From the NCBI GenBank assembly GCA_043228905.1, contig JBHGNT010000014.1:6634001-6698000 (forward strand): a stretch of 64,000 bases of DNA, written 5' to 3'. Of this stretch, positions 48,435 to 60,031 are shown one piece after another. Position 1 is the first letter of the stretch. Each line of letters opens with the position of its first letter. A program made the translations under genes and the position numbers. The DNA is from Azolla caroliniana (taxonomy: Eukaryota > Plantae > Polypodiophyta). The notes under the pieces are model-generated. The model had not been told where the DNA came from. It made no database searches and saw only the letters and a program-made list of their open reading frames with translations.

Positions 48435-51400
48435 TGTTACGGGCATGACCATATAATATCCCGTGGTGAGAATTTACCGTAGTATTCTATACACGTGGAT
48501 AAGTGTGAGGGTTAAATGAGAGTGTAAAGAAGGGGAGGATTTTTTTTAATCCTCGGGATTGAGACAACCCATTAGGCCAAGTGTAAACTTGCCTGGGGCC
48601 CTTGGGTATCGCTATAAATAAGAGGCCTACCTACCCTCATTTCATCATGTTTTGACTATGTCGAGACTCTTGTAGTGAGCGCGCCAGCACCAAGTATGAC
48701 TCGACGCCACGATGGTGGTATGGGACATTGATCGAGGCTCGAGTCTGTCTCAATCCCTTCGCTCGGGGGTGGTCGGGTGGATCGGCACCCTTCTTTCTCT
48801 CTCTCCTTTCTATCTATCTATCTATCATTCTTTTCTCCTTATCATACGCTTACATTAGATCATATCTCTAATAGTTGGTTTTAGAGCTCATGTTCTAATG
48901 TTTCGTTTGTTGTCTTTTGTCTTCTTGATTGATGGTGATCGATCGATGTGCGACCGACCTTGATCCAGACAGTGATCAACAAAGGAACTTCAATAATCTT
49001 TCTTGTTTTTATTTTTATTTTTTCTTCTCCCTTCAAATCATGTATATATGGTCATATGTAATTTCTTTTTATTAATTCAATGATGTTGTAGTGGTGATTA
49101 ATTGGTTATATAAAACGTTTACATATGTGCACGAGGTCAATACCTCATTTGACATATATTTAATATGTGATTAGTGTCGTATGCATACGAGGTTAATACC
49201 TCAATTGTGTCTTATGACATATCGCGATTTCTATGTAAATGATATGCGTTTGGTGTCGTATGCGTAAGAGGTCAATACCTCAATTGCATATTATGATTAA
49301 CCCTTATTTTTAGAGGTTTTGTGTGTTTAGAGGGTATATGCCTCGATTACGTATCTTGATTACATCATTTTTGGCTATTTTATATTACGATTTCTTTTAT
49401 ATATGCATATGTGGTCACGTGTATACGTATTTGATCGTATATATGTGATAATATACATATGTGTATATAAGTTATTACGTGATTTCAATATCGAATGTTT
49501 TCCTTTTCGGGGAAGGGATCTTGGTGGCCGTCCTCACATTTTTGTGAGAATGGTGTTGTCACCATCCCTTTTTCAACAAATTTTTATTGTTGACATCCCC
49601 GTTGGTGACTTCGATTTCGTTACGTAATGAAACAATCTTAGCCACAATCGTGTTGAGAACGTAGGGCTTGACCCACTTGATGTGAGGACGCTCTTATGAC
49701 ACACATATCCAACATCCCTCCCTCATTACATGGATACGATGCCACCATGAGATCATTCTTACGAAAGGCATTTGTAATGACGTAGCCATGTCATGGGCCA
49801 CGTGGGCCTACTACGAAAAGAGGGCTCATTTGGCTTGACCATTAGGTTGCACTTTGGCGTATGGCATCTTAATTATGAGACTTGAGTTTAGGTAACGTAC
49901 CAACAAAGTTTGTGGTAAACGAGGGGAAATAAGGACTCTTGACATATATGTTTCTTTTAAAAAAACATATATGGGCAAATGCCTCGCATATCTCTTATAC
50001 GTATAAAACGTTAAACATTCAAGAAGAGCAACCTACTTGGTTGGCTCAAGTGTTTAATGCATTTGTGCTCGATGTCTTGAGTTCGAATATGATGAAGACC
50101 ATACAACATCGTTGATACATATGACTATAACACATGTTTAGACTTGAGGTCTAAGTGCACTTCGGGGTCCTCGTAATAGGACTTAAAGAGCCAAAACCAT
50201 ATATGTGGGCACCGAAACATAGTTTATTGTTAACATTTTTTTCATGTATAAACTATTCATGACACGAACATACATGGTTGAGCCTCGGGGAGCGCCATAA
50301 AAAAATCGATATAGAGATCAGGGAAAGACATTAATTTGTCACCCCCATGGTTTTTAAAACACCTTTGTGTTACCGTAGTAAGCTGATCTTCAACCTCATC
50401 TCATACGTCTAGAGGGGTATTGACGTGAGATCGTGATATCGATTAATGTTTGCCCATGATATGTTTACATCACCACATGATGTTATGACTATTTGTCTGA
50501 CCTCATCCTATTTCTTTGCCAGAAATAATCATTTAATGGCTCAAAATAACGACCCGATGTCATCCGCTCAAGCGGAAGGAACTCAAGGAAATCCTCCTGG
50601 ACAAATGTCCATTGAGATGTATTTTTCACAAATAAGCCAATAAATTAGTTTCATCGCTCAACAGATGAACGAACATCGGCAATCTCAAAGTGCTCTCGAG
50701 GCACGTGTCATTAGTTTACAACGTGAGACTAATAGACATGATGAGCGACAGGGTGAACCATCATTTGTCGTTAAGCCATTTACGGGAAAAAAAAAGGAAA
50801 GAACCGAAGAAGCAATATGCACGTGGCTGGGCCGATGGGAGTCTCATTTTGAGCTCTATCCCACGCTAGATAGTACGAAGATTGCATATGTCGGCCGAGA
50901 ACTAGGGGGTAAGGCCGCCGCCTGGTGGCGTGGGCTTCGAACTTTGGGGAAATTGCTTGATACCTGGACAAATTTTGTCACAGTTTTTAAGGGCCAATTT
51001 CAGCAACCTCCCTCTCAAACTGAGGTAGCACAAGCTTTAATGAACCTCTCTAGCAGGAATTTTTCCTTGCTAGAAGACTATGTTCAACATGCTAGAACCC
51101 AAATCCAAAATTTGGGTCTAGAAGGGGACACTTGGTTAATAGCTTGTTTTGTCAATGCCATCCCCAATTCGGACTATCACTAGATAGTGCTCGATAAAGA
51201 TCCAAAATCCTTCAAAGAGGCCGTTGAAATAGTTCTTCGCTATCAATGCACTTCAAAGAAGGACCACAACAAACCCAACGAAGCGCCCAACACTAAGCAG
51301 TCGTAATTCATTGGGAAACGCAAGGCACCCAACGAACTCATGGATCGCAATTGTAAGCGACAACATCCTTTTTGCGTATTTTGCAAAAAGAAGGGTCATA

Positions 51401-54400
51401 CAAAAGAGCAATGTCGAAAGCTCCAACGGAAGGAGCACGACAACAAAGCTAAAGTTGTAGACCATAAAGGTCAGATTCCTAATGTCCTTCAGGTCTATAC
51501 ACATCATTTAAGTAATTGTCAATGTTCTTTCCCTCACTATGTATTGGGTTCCAATGATTTACTACGTGCAAATGGGTATATCACTGGATCTCCTGTACAA
51601 TTTTTGTTTGATTCGGTAAGCTCACACAACTTTGTGAATGATCGTTTGGTTCAAATATGGGGAATCCAACCCACCGTAAGTGATCACACCTATACGGTGC
51701 ACTTGGCTAATGGACTATTTACGAATGGGTTATATACATTATAGTAAATTTCCACGGGGTGCACCAGTTCTCTTGGTTAAAAAGAAAGAGTGCACATGGC
51801 GTATGTGTATTAATTACCGACACTTGAATAAGGTGACGATCAAGAATTCGTATCCATTGCCCCGGGCTGACGATCTAATTGACCATCTCCAAGGAGCTCG
51901 GTATTTTACGAAAGTTGATCTCCGTACTAGCTACCATCAAATTCGTATAAGTGAGGACGATGTTCCTAAAATGGCATTTCGTATGCGTTATGGCCATTAT
52001 GAGTTTTTGGTTATGCCTTTTGGTTTGACCAATGCTCCAGCTACATTTCAACAAGAAATGAATGACATTTTCTGAGAACAACTTGGAAAATTTGTCGTTA
52101 TTTTCTTGGATGATATTTTAGTTTATAGCCGTACATTACAAGAACATGCTAAACATGTCCACTTTGTTTTATAAACATTGCGTGACAAACAGTTTTATGC
52201 GAAGATCTCAAAATGTGAGTTCTTCAAGAAATCAATTACTTATCTTGGACATCTTATAACCGAACGAGGAGTTGAAATTGATCCTTCTCGCATTGAGAAA
52301 ATCAAGCTCTGGCCCACGCTTTAGAATATTCGAGAAGTTCGATCATTCCTTGGTTTTGTCGGGTTTTGCGAAAATCCAATTGACAATGCCGTTTACTTAT
52401 CTTCTACAAGGTCAAATGCGTAAGTCTACAAAAAATATTGTCTAGAATGCTACACTAGACCTCGCCTTTAAGGAACTCAAGGACCTGGTATGCAAGGTTC
52501 CTTCGCTTCTTTTACCTGATCCTTCAAAACCTTTTTAGGTTGAAACCGATGCAAGCGATTATGCTATAGTTGTTGTCTTATATCAAGATGGTAAACCAAT
52601 AGCATTCGAGAGTAAGAAACTTGATTCTACTCAATGTCAGTATACCGTTCAAGAAAATGAGTTATTTGCAGTTATACATGTGCTCAAAACATGGCGCCAT
52701 TATCTTTATCGAAATCGTTTTGTGGTAACTACGGACCACGAGTCCTTGAAATATTTTTATGACCAACAAGACCCGAAAGGTCGTAAGGCACGATGGGCTG
52801 ATCTCAGCGAGGACTTTGATTTTTCCATACGATATCGTAAAGGTTCCATGAACATTGTCACTGATGCACTAAGGCTCATCTGTGAAGTTAACATTCTTAG
52901 CTTCACTGAAATAACATCAGATCTTTATGATCACCTTCGAGGAAAGTATCTTGATGACAGTTATTTTGCGAAATACTGGGCAAGAGTTGAGTTTGGAACA
53001 AGCACCACCACATCCTTGAAGGAATACTTCCACATTGCTAACGGTTTGCGCTACCGTAATGGGAAGGTTTGTGTTCCAGATTTCCCTGAGGTCAAAAAGA
53101 GAATTCTTTTTTAATGCCATGATGCACCCTCTACGGGGCACCCTAAAATACATCGTACACTCTATTGGCCTAAGATGCGCCTTGACATACATAGCTATGT
53201 GACTAAATGACACCAATGACAGGTTAACAAAGCCGAGCGACTTAAAGTCGCAGGACTTTTACATCCCTTGGACATTCCCAATAATAAGTGGGAAAGTATA
53301 TCCATGGATTTTATTGTTAGTCTTCCTCGCACCCAAAAAGGTCATGATGCCATCTGGGTTGTGGTTGATAGACTAACTAAAATGGCCAGATTTATTGCTG
53401 CTAAAACCATGGTAACAGCTCCTGAATTGGCTTACCAATTCATTGACGAGTTATTTCATTTTTATGGGTTACCGATGGATATCGTGAGTGATCGAGATCC
53501 AAAGTTTACTAGTGACTTCTAGACGCAAGTCTTTAAGAAGTTAGAAACTACATTGAGCATGAGCTGCACGGATCATCCTCAATCCGATGGACAGACAAAA
53601 CGAGTAAATCAAATTATTGAGGACATGATTCGAGCATACGTTGGTACAAAACCAACAAAATGGGAACGTTATCTCCCAATTTTGGAGTTTTCTTATAACA
53701 ACTCCAAGCATACATCGACAGGATATAGTCCTTTTATGTTGATGTATGGTTTTCAGCCACGAGCCCCGATTGATGTTAATATACATCATGATGAGTTGTG
53801 AAGTACACAAAAATTTCTTCGGGATATGCAAGATATGTTGCATATTGCACGAGATAATATAAAAACAGCTCAAGATTGAGCATGTTTTTATGTCGATCAT
53901 CATAGGCAACCTCGTGTATTCCACCTTGGACAGAAGGTATTTTTATGTGTACCTCACAATTCTAAGACATTGTCTAAGGGTAACTGCGCTAAGTTAGCCC
54001 CACGGTTTTGTGGACCTTTTACAGTCCTCAAATGCATTGGGTCATCAAGTATGTTACGAGCATGGCCATATAATATCCCATGGTGAGAATTTACCGTAGT
54101 ATTCTATACATGTGGATAAGTGTGAGGGTTAAACGAGAGTGTAAAGAAGGGGAGGATTACTTTTAATCCTCGGGATTGAGACAACCCATTAGACCAAGTG
54201 CGAACTTGCCTGGGGACCTTGGGTATCACTATAAATAAGAGGCCTAACTACCCTCATTTAATCATCTTTTGACTATGTCGAGACTTTGTTCTTGTGGTGG
54301 GTCAACTCTTGTAGCGAGCGCGCCAGCACCAGGTATGACTCCACGCCACGACGGTGGTATGGGACATCGATCGAGGCTCGAGTCCGTCTCAATCCCTTCG

Positions 54401-54512
54401 CTCGGGGGTGGTCGGGTGGATCGGCACCCTTCTTTCTCTCTCTCCTTTCCATCTATCTATCTACCATTCTTTTCTCCTTATCGTACGCTTAGATTAGATC
54501 ATATCTCTAATA
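48435..54512 (+). mobile_element. Degenerate Met-primed Ty3/Gypsy (chromovirus-type pol) inserted in the Copia C LTR
   Basis: LTRs 48435-48873 and 54052-54512; TSD GCAGT/GTAGT (one mismatch); PBS TGGTTTTAGAGC 48876-48887; gag with [28 protein letters not shown] integrase; C-terminus and PPT deleted. Confidence 0.9.
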
Positions 54513-54953
54513 GTAGTTGCCTTGATTACAATTCCTCACCCAACTGGGTGGATAGTTGATGTTCAATTGAGGTTCTCTGATAGCAGGAACAACCTCTCGT
54601 AGGTCTCTATCTCCACTTTTGCAGTTTGGTAGAACACTCTTCCTCTTTCTCTCACTCTTTCGTTCTCTCTTTTTCTGTTTTTCTGTGTAAAAAACAAGTC
54701 ACCTTATCTCCCTTTTTCTTTTTTTCTCTGTTTTTCTCTTTCTATCCTCTTGTAGTCCAACATCTATATCTGCGTTCACACACACAAACACACACACACA
54801 AAAGAAAGACACACACCCAAAAAGACATACAAAAAGAAAAAGGCATACATATGTATATAAATATAAATACAACTAATTATAATTTTCCTTAAGCCTATTC
54901 AACGTTCAACCGACTCAATGTTGTGGGCTCCACTTGAGTGGACAAGCCCCAAC

Positions 54954-55588
54954 TTAGGAATATTGATCCAAATCGCCATGATTTGGACTACCAATTCAAT
55001 CAAAGACAAATTAAACAATAGATGAAACCACAAGATAGAAAATGAGAGTACACCAAAATTTTAACGTGGAAAACCCAAAATAGGGAAAAACTACGGAACT
55101 CCTTCGGGTTCAAAACAAGTTCACTATTTTTCTTAGTATAAACGAATACAACCTCTCTAGCTTTGACTAGAGGGATGTATATGCTAAGGCAGTGTCCTTG
55201 ATTACAATTCCTCACTCAACTCGGTGGATAGAAAAACTAACAAAAATGTAAATAAGAAAAAACATGAAACGAAGAAACTTGATGCAAAGTGGACAGGATA
55301 GTTGTTGTTCAATCATGGTTCTCTGATAGCCCAAACAACCCCTCGTAGGTTTCTATCTCCACTTTTGCACTTTGGTAGAACACTCTTCCTCTTGCTCTCA
55401 GTCTTTCGTTCTCTGTTTTTCTCTCTCTATTTTCTGTTTTTCTATGTAAAAAACAGATCATGCTGTCTACCTTTTTCTTTTTTTCTCTGTTTTTCTCTTT
55501 CTGTCTTCTTGTAGTCCAACATCTATATTTGTATTCACAAACACACCCAAATAAAACATACAAAAAGAAAAAGGCACACATACATACA

Positions 55589-55624
<36 letters not shown>

Positions 55625-55728
55625 TATAAATACAACTAATTATAACTTTTCTTATAATTTGCCTTAAGCCTATTCAACGTTCAACCAACTCAATGTTGTG
55701 GGCTCCACTTGAGTGGACAAGCCCCACA
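54954..55728 (-). mobile_element. Second Copia C-family LTR in direct tandem with the first
   Basis: Colinear with 48193-48434 plus 54513-54953; contains (ACAT)n about 55579-55616; terminus ...GCCCCACA at 55728. Confidence 0.88.
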
Positions 55729-56829
55729 CCACCAGTTTGAATGAAGAAAATGATGTGATATGATGGAGCTTTTGATCCTGTAGTAGTAGAAGGTATGATC
55801 CCAAAAACTACTTGGAATCCTCAGATAAAGACATGTTATGTCCTAAGTATTAGCAGACAAACGGTCCTACATCCAGCTAGAGATGGTCGTATAGCCGATG
55901 GATGACGACGACGGCGACGGTCGGATGGAGAGGCGGTCAAGAGCCAAACTGCTGAGAGACAAACGATGGCCACAGACATAGACGTCTGATAGCCGACCGC
56001 CAAACAGAGATGGCCTCGAACAGATTTGGCAGCCAAACCACGACCAAGTCGACATTCAACAACCAGTCAAACAGCTACCAGTCATCTAGACAACCGGCGG
56101 CCAACGGACAGAGTCGAATGAACAATCAGCCAGATAGCGAAAAGAGGTTGTTTGACGGAGATGGCACCAAGAGGAGACAGAAAATGAAGAAATCAGAGGG
56201 GGACTGCAACAGAGAAGAAGAAGGATACAACGCTAGTAAGAAGCGAAAAAGAAACAACAGGAAACAAAGTACAAGAAAGTGGGGACGAAGAGGAGAGAAG
56301 ATGAGAAGATACAAACAGATACAAATAGAAATGACGAGGAAAGAAAAGAAGAAACAAGAAAAGAAGCGCATGACAATAAAAATGACAAGGGCATGCAATA
56401 GAAATTTAAAAAAAACTGAGGGTAGCAGACGAAATTTCGAAAACACAAGGGTAGAAAATGAAAATTTAAAAACTTGAGGGGTACAACATAGAATTTTGGA
56501 AACGAAAGGGTACAAAAACTCATCACTACTGACACCACGGAAGATATATATATATATATATACACCCACAATCATTGTTAAACCTCAACAACTTTTCCCA
56601 TGGTGCACAAGCGGATTGGTGTGTGATCCAATCGTCTGATATGCTACCCAAACGAGAAGGTTTGTGTCAAGCCAAGTCCGATCGAAGTTATCGATCGTAG
56701 AGCTATAATACGGTTGCGGGATTTCCAACCGCCAGAGAAGAGAAGACCGATGGAGTTCCAGTCAACAACAGTTTTTGGCATGGGCTTGTGGGTTCAACAT
56801 ACAATGCACTGCCCCACATGCGTGCCAAG

Positions 56830-57255
56830 TGTTACCCGTATAGGTGTATGGGAGGGTTAAGGTGTAATGTGTATGGTGTGTAAAGTCTAAGGTGTGTAAT
56901 ATGTGTAATATGAATCAGTGTGTGAGGATGAGTATGTGTATGGACACATGCACAATTATGTGCATGTGTACAAGAATGCGGCTTCACCCCCCCACCCAAC
57001 AACATCCGGCTCATCAAATCCTTCCTTTGAGTGCGCGATGTTTGGTGTGATGGCTTATGCGACATCTACCTCAAATAACAGTACTGTCTTTGGATGTTCG
57101 TCTAGGTACCAAATGGTGTCCGCCATTCGCAACCAGAATGGGCACGATTCCCATTCTCTGATACCAAGGGTGTCGCAGGTTCGTTTGTTTATCACGTTTA
57201 CTCTGGAACCTCTATCCACTATTGTCCCGGGTATCTCTTTCCCTTTGATGATAAC
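56830..57255. mobile_element. LTR terminus fragment (56830-56973) fused to a Gypsy protease remnant (minus)
   Basis: Inverted copy of 1970-2115; remainder homologous to protease region about 42500-42965. Confidence 0.7.
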
Positions 57256-58023
57256 TGTTGAGAGACAAGCTCAACATTGGGAGCGTAAATGGGTGCGTAA
57301 CCCAGTGTGAAGACTGGGTGTGTAAAACTGTCCACAAAATATGGTCAAAGTGGTATGTAAACCGAGAAGCCGTTAGAATGTTATTCCTCATAAGGAATAT
57401 TTTTGGGGGTAAGTGTAGGATGCTCATTTATGACCAGTCAGGTACTGTAAGTACTTGTATCAGCCCAATAGTCAGGGCTTGTATAAAAGGTGCTCACTGA
57501 GCACTAAGTATGTACAGAGAACATATAGAGAATTATTTTTTAATATAGTTACGTTTTCTGCTCTCTCTCTCTCTCTATGTCTCTCCCTCTCCTTCTCTAT
57601 GATTTCTGTCTTTTACCCAACGGTCGTACTTCCGAATCATGTACTTAGTGTCTTACGCATATGCTTCCGCACACGTATTGTTTTACATGGTATTAGAATG
57701 CGAGGGTTAAGAATCCTCTACAGCCGACAGATAAGCTTGCAATAAAGACAGAGTTAAGTTATTGTTATTCGGAAAGGATAAGACAACAATATGGATAGAG
57801 GAATGGGAAGCTCGCTACCGAATGAGAAGCTCAATAGGAGCAACTATGCATCTTAGTCGTAGGAGATGCACCAGTATCTGCTTGGCCATGGTTACTGGAG
57901 TTATGTCGAAGGAGCTAATGATGTAGCACCCGAATCGACACACAGAGATTTTTCGGCTTGGGAACAAGTGGTAAGTAGAGTTCTTTACTACTTCGCGTCT
58001 TGTGTGAGTGACCAACTCTTGAG
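57256..58023 (+). mobile_element. Copia element E: 5' LTR, PBS and gag start
   Basis: LTR 57256-57687 (TG...CA), PBS-like TGGTATTAGA 57688-57697, gag peptide MHQYLLGHGYWSYVEG. Confidence 0.8.
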
Positions 58024-58111
58024 TGTCAGGAACTCTATTAAGGCAGAGAAGGAATTAGTACTAAAAGAAGGATTAGTACTATGAGAGGTGTCGAACTTTG
58101 AGAGAAGGAAT

Positions 58112-58159
<48 letters not shown>

Positions 58160-58375
58160 TGATGCGAAAGATATATGTATTATATGACGGAAGATATACA
58201 ACAGTAGTTAGAAGGCTTAAGACTGGCGTTGAACCGATTTGGTTCGAACTAATGCCTTGCGCCTCCTTTTATAGTGTCTTCAGGAATACTCCTGAAGTTT
58301 CTAGAATGTTCCAGAGAAATCTGGAATATACATCAATTTCCCAATAAAACCTAAATGAAAATAATATCCTTCAAA
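58024..58375 (-). mobile_element. Chromovirus-1-family LTR lacking its U3 tip
   Basis: Matches 26260-26652 apart from a 41-bp deletion between AGAAGGATTAGTACTAT repeats and the GA tract length. Confidence 0.93.
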
Positions 58376-58522
58376 GTGTCATGAGATGGCAAGACTCGAA
58401 CCCATGACCTTATGGTATATGGGTCGAGCTCTTAACCATCTCACCATCTATTGTAATTCATAGAATATTATTTTCATTTATGTTTTATTATAAGAAAGTA
58501 ATGTATATTCCAGATTTCTCTG

Positions 58523-58567
58523 GAACATTCTAGAAGCTTCAGGATTATTCCTGAGAACACTATAAAA
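58523..58567 (+). promoter_or_regulatory. Heat-shock element plus TATA box of the chromovirus 2 LTR
   Basis: GAAcaTTCtaGAAgcTTC 58523-58540; TATAAAA 58561-58567. Confidence 0.8.
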
Positions 58568-58873
58568 GAAGGCACTAAGCATTATGTTGAACCAAATTGG
58601 TTCAACACCAGTCTTAAGCCTCTTAGCCGATTTGTACTTATCTTTCATATAATATAAGAGCTGCTGTCATCATTCTATTTCTCTCTCTCTCCTCTTCTCA
58701 CTTCCTCTCTCTCGGGAATCTTACGCAGTCCTGTCTTCTTAGTACTAATAGTACTACTCTTCTTAGTACTAATTCCATCTCTGCTTTAGTACTATTCCTG
58801 ACAGTTTGAACCAATTTCTTCTCTCTAGCCTACTTGTCACTCTCCCTCATCCTCCTACCCTTTTCCCTATACT

Positions 58874-60031
58874 ATGGCTACTGTTAGCGCCCAAGAATAC
58901 CAATCCGTTTTCTCCGAGCTACAGTGCCTAAAAGAAAAGTTTGTTGCCCTGGAACAAGAAAACCAACGGCTGATAGGGGATCTGCAACAAATCGCTCTAG
59001 AAAAACAACAAACGCAACAACAACATGGGGAGTTAGCGTTACGGGTACAACAACTCGAAGCAGCGTTGCAACAACAAGGATCCAGTCCCCAAGGATTTCA
59101 TAAAGAGCCCAAGATTGGACTTCCTGTGAAATTTGATGGAACGCGTTCGCAATTCCGGGGATTCCTTAATCAGGTACGCTTAGTCATCCAGATGCATCCT
59201 TCCCGATATCCCACTGATGCATCTCGAGTCGGCCTAATAGGCACGCTACTTAGCGGCTCAGCCTTGGCATGGTTTGCTCCGCTTCTAGAAAAACAATCAC
59301 CCTTACTTAATAACTTTGAAGATTTTATTGGTGAGTTTAAAGCCTGCTTTGGAGACACCGACAGCATCAGGACGGCGATCAACAAGATCCGGCGATTGCG
59401 TCAAGGCGATCGTCCAGCCTCTGCCTACGCGGCGGATTTCCGCCTACTTGCTTCAGATATACCCTGGGATGATCAAGCACTAATGGAGCAGTTTCGCTAT
59501 GGCTTGCGAAACGATGTCAAAGATCTACTTCTAACTTTCCCCGAAGAACCAAAGTCTCTTACGGAGGCAATCAGTCAAGCAGTTCGATGTGACAACCGCC
59601 TTTTTGAACGGCGTTCAGAACGTCAATTACAGATACCACGCTCTAGGCCAGAGCCCACCTACGCCGCAGTCGCGGCTAAACCGTTTGCACGAGACACACC
59701 TCAAGCAAATACTTCGACACCGATGGAGATTGATACCATGCGTCGACGCGGCCCGTTATCGGAAGAAGAAAAGCAACGACGACGTGCCAATCGATTATGT
59801 CTTTATTGCGGTGGACCAGGACATATCGCCATCAATTGTCCCCATAGGCCAAGAAGACAGGTAAATCAAATCGTCGCCTGTACTAAACCCGAGTCAATTC
59901 TTCCCTTTGGAGTGTCTGATAGTATTAATAGTACTAATAGAGTGTCAGATAGTATTCATAGTACTAATAGCCCAAGTATCTCAAATAAATTTGAAATTCT
60001 TAGTCAATTAGATGAAGAGTTAAACGATTGA
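58874..60031 (+). CDS. gag: Gag, 385 aa
   Basis: Highly similar to the 30303-31472 product; CLYCGGPGHIAINC knuckle. Confidence 0.95.
   Translation: MATVSAQEYQSVFSELQCLKEKFVALEQENQRLIGDLQQIALEKQQTQQQHGELALRVQQLEAALQQQGSSPQGFHKEPKIGLPVKFDGTRSQFRGFLNQVRLVIQMHPSRYPTDASRVGLIGTLLSGSALAWFAPLLEKQSPLLNNFEDFIGEFKACFGDTDSIRTAINKIRRLRQGDRPASAYAADFRLLASDIPWDDQALMEQFRYGLRNDVKDLLLTFPEEPKSLTEAISQAVRCDNRLFERRSERQLQIPRSRPEPTYAAVAAKPFARDTPQANTSTPMEIDTMRRRGPLSEEEKQRRRANRLCLYCGGPGHIAINCPHRPRRQVNQIVACTKPESILPFGVSDSINSTNRVSDSIHSTNSPSISNKFEILSQLDEELND

Larger units (their letters stand above)
34701..54953 (-). mobile_element. Copia element C, degenerate, host of two Gypsy insertions
   Basis: 5' LTR 54953-54513 plus 48434-48193; PBS TGGTATCAGAGC 48190-48179; gag/PR/INT 48150-45662; RT/RH remnants 35635-34701 with an internal RT deletion; 3' LTR absent. 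Confidence 0.9.

Noticed and set aside
55834-56829. Lys/Arg-rich and Phe-rich ORFs and a possible LTR
   Set aside because: Low-complexity purine-skewed DNA; no second copy, PBS or TSD in the window to define an element
59911-59970. 30-bp in-frame duplication near the end of chromovirus 2 gag
   Set aside because: Ordinary slippage in a disordered tail; counted under the AGTACT finding
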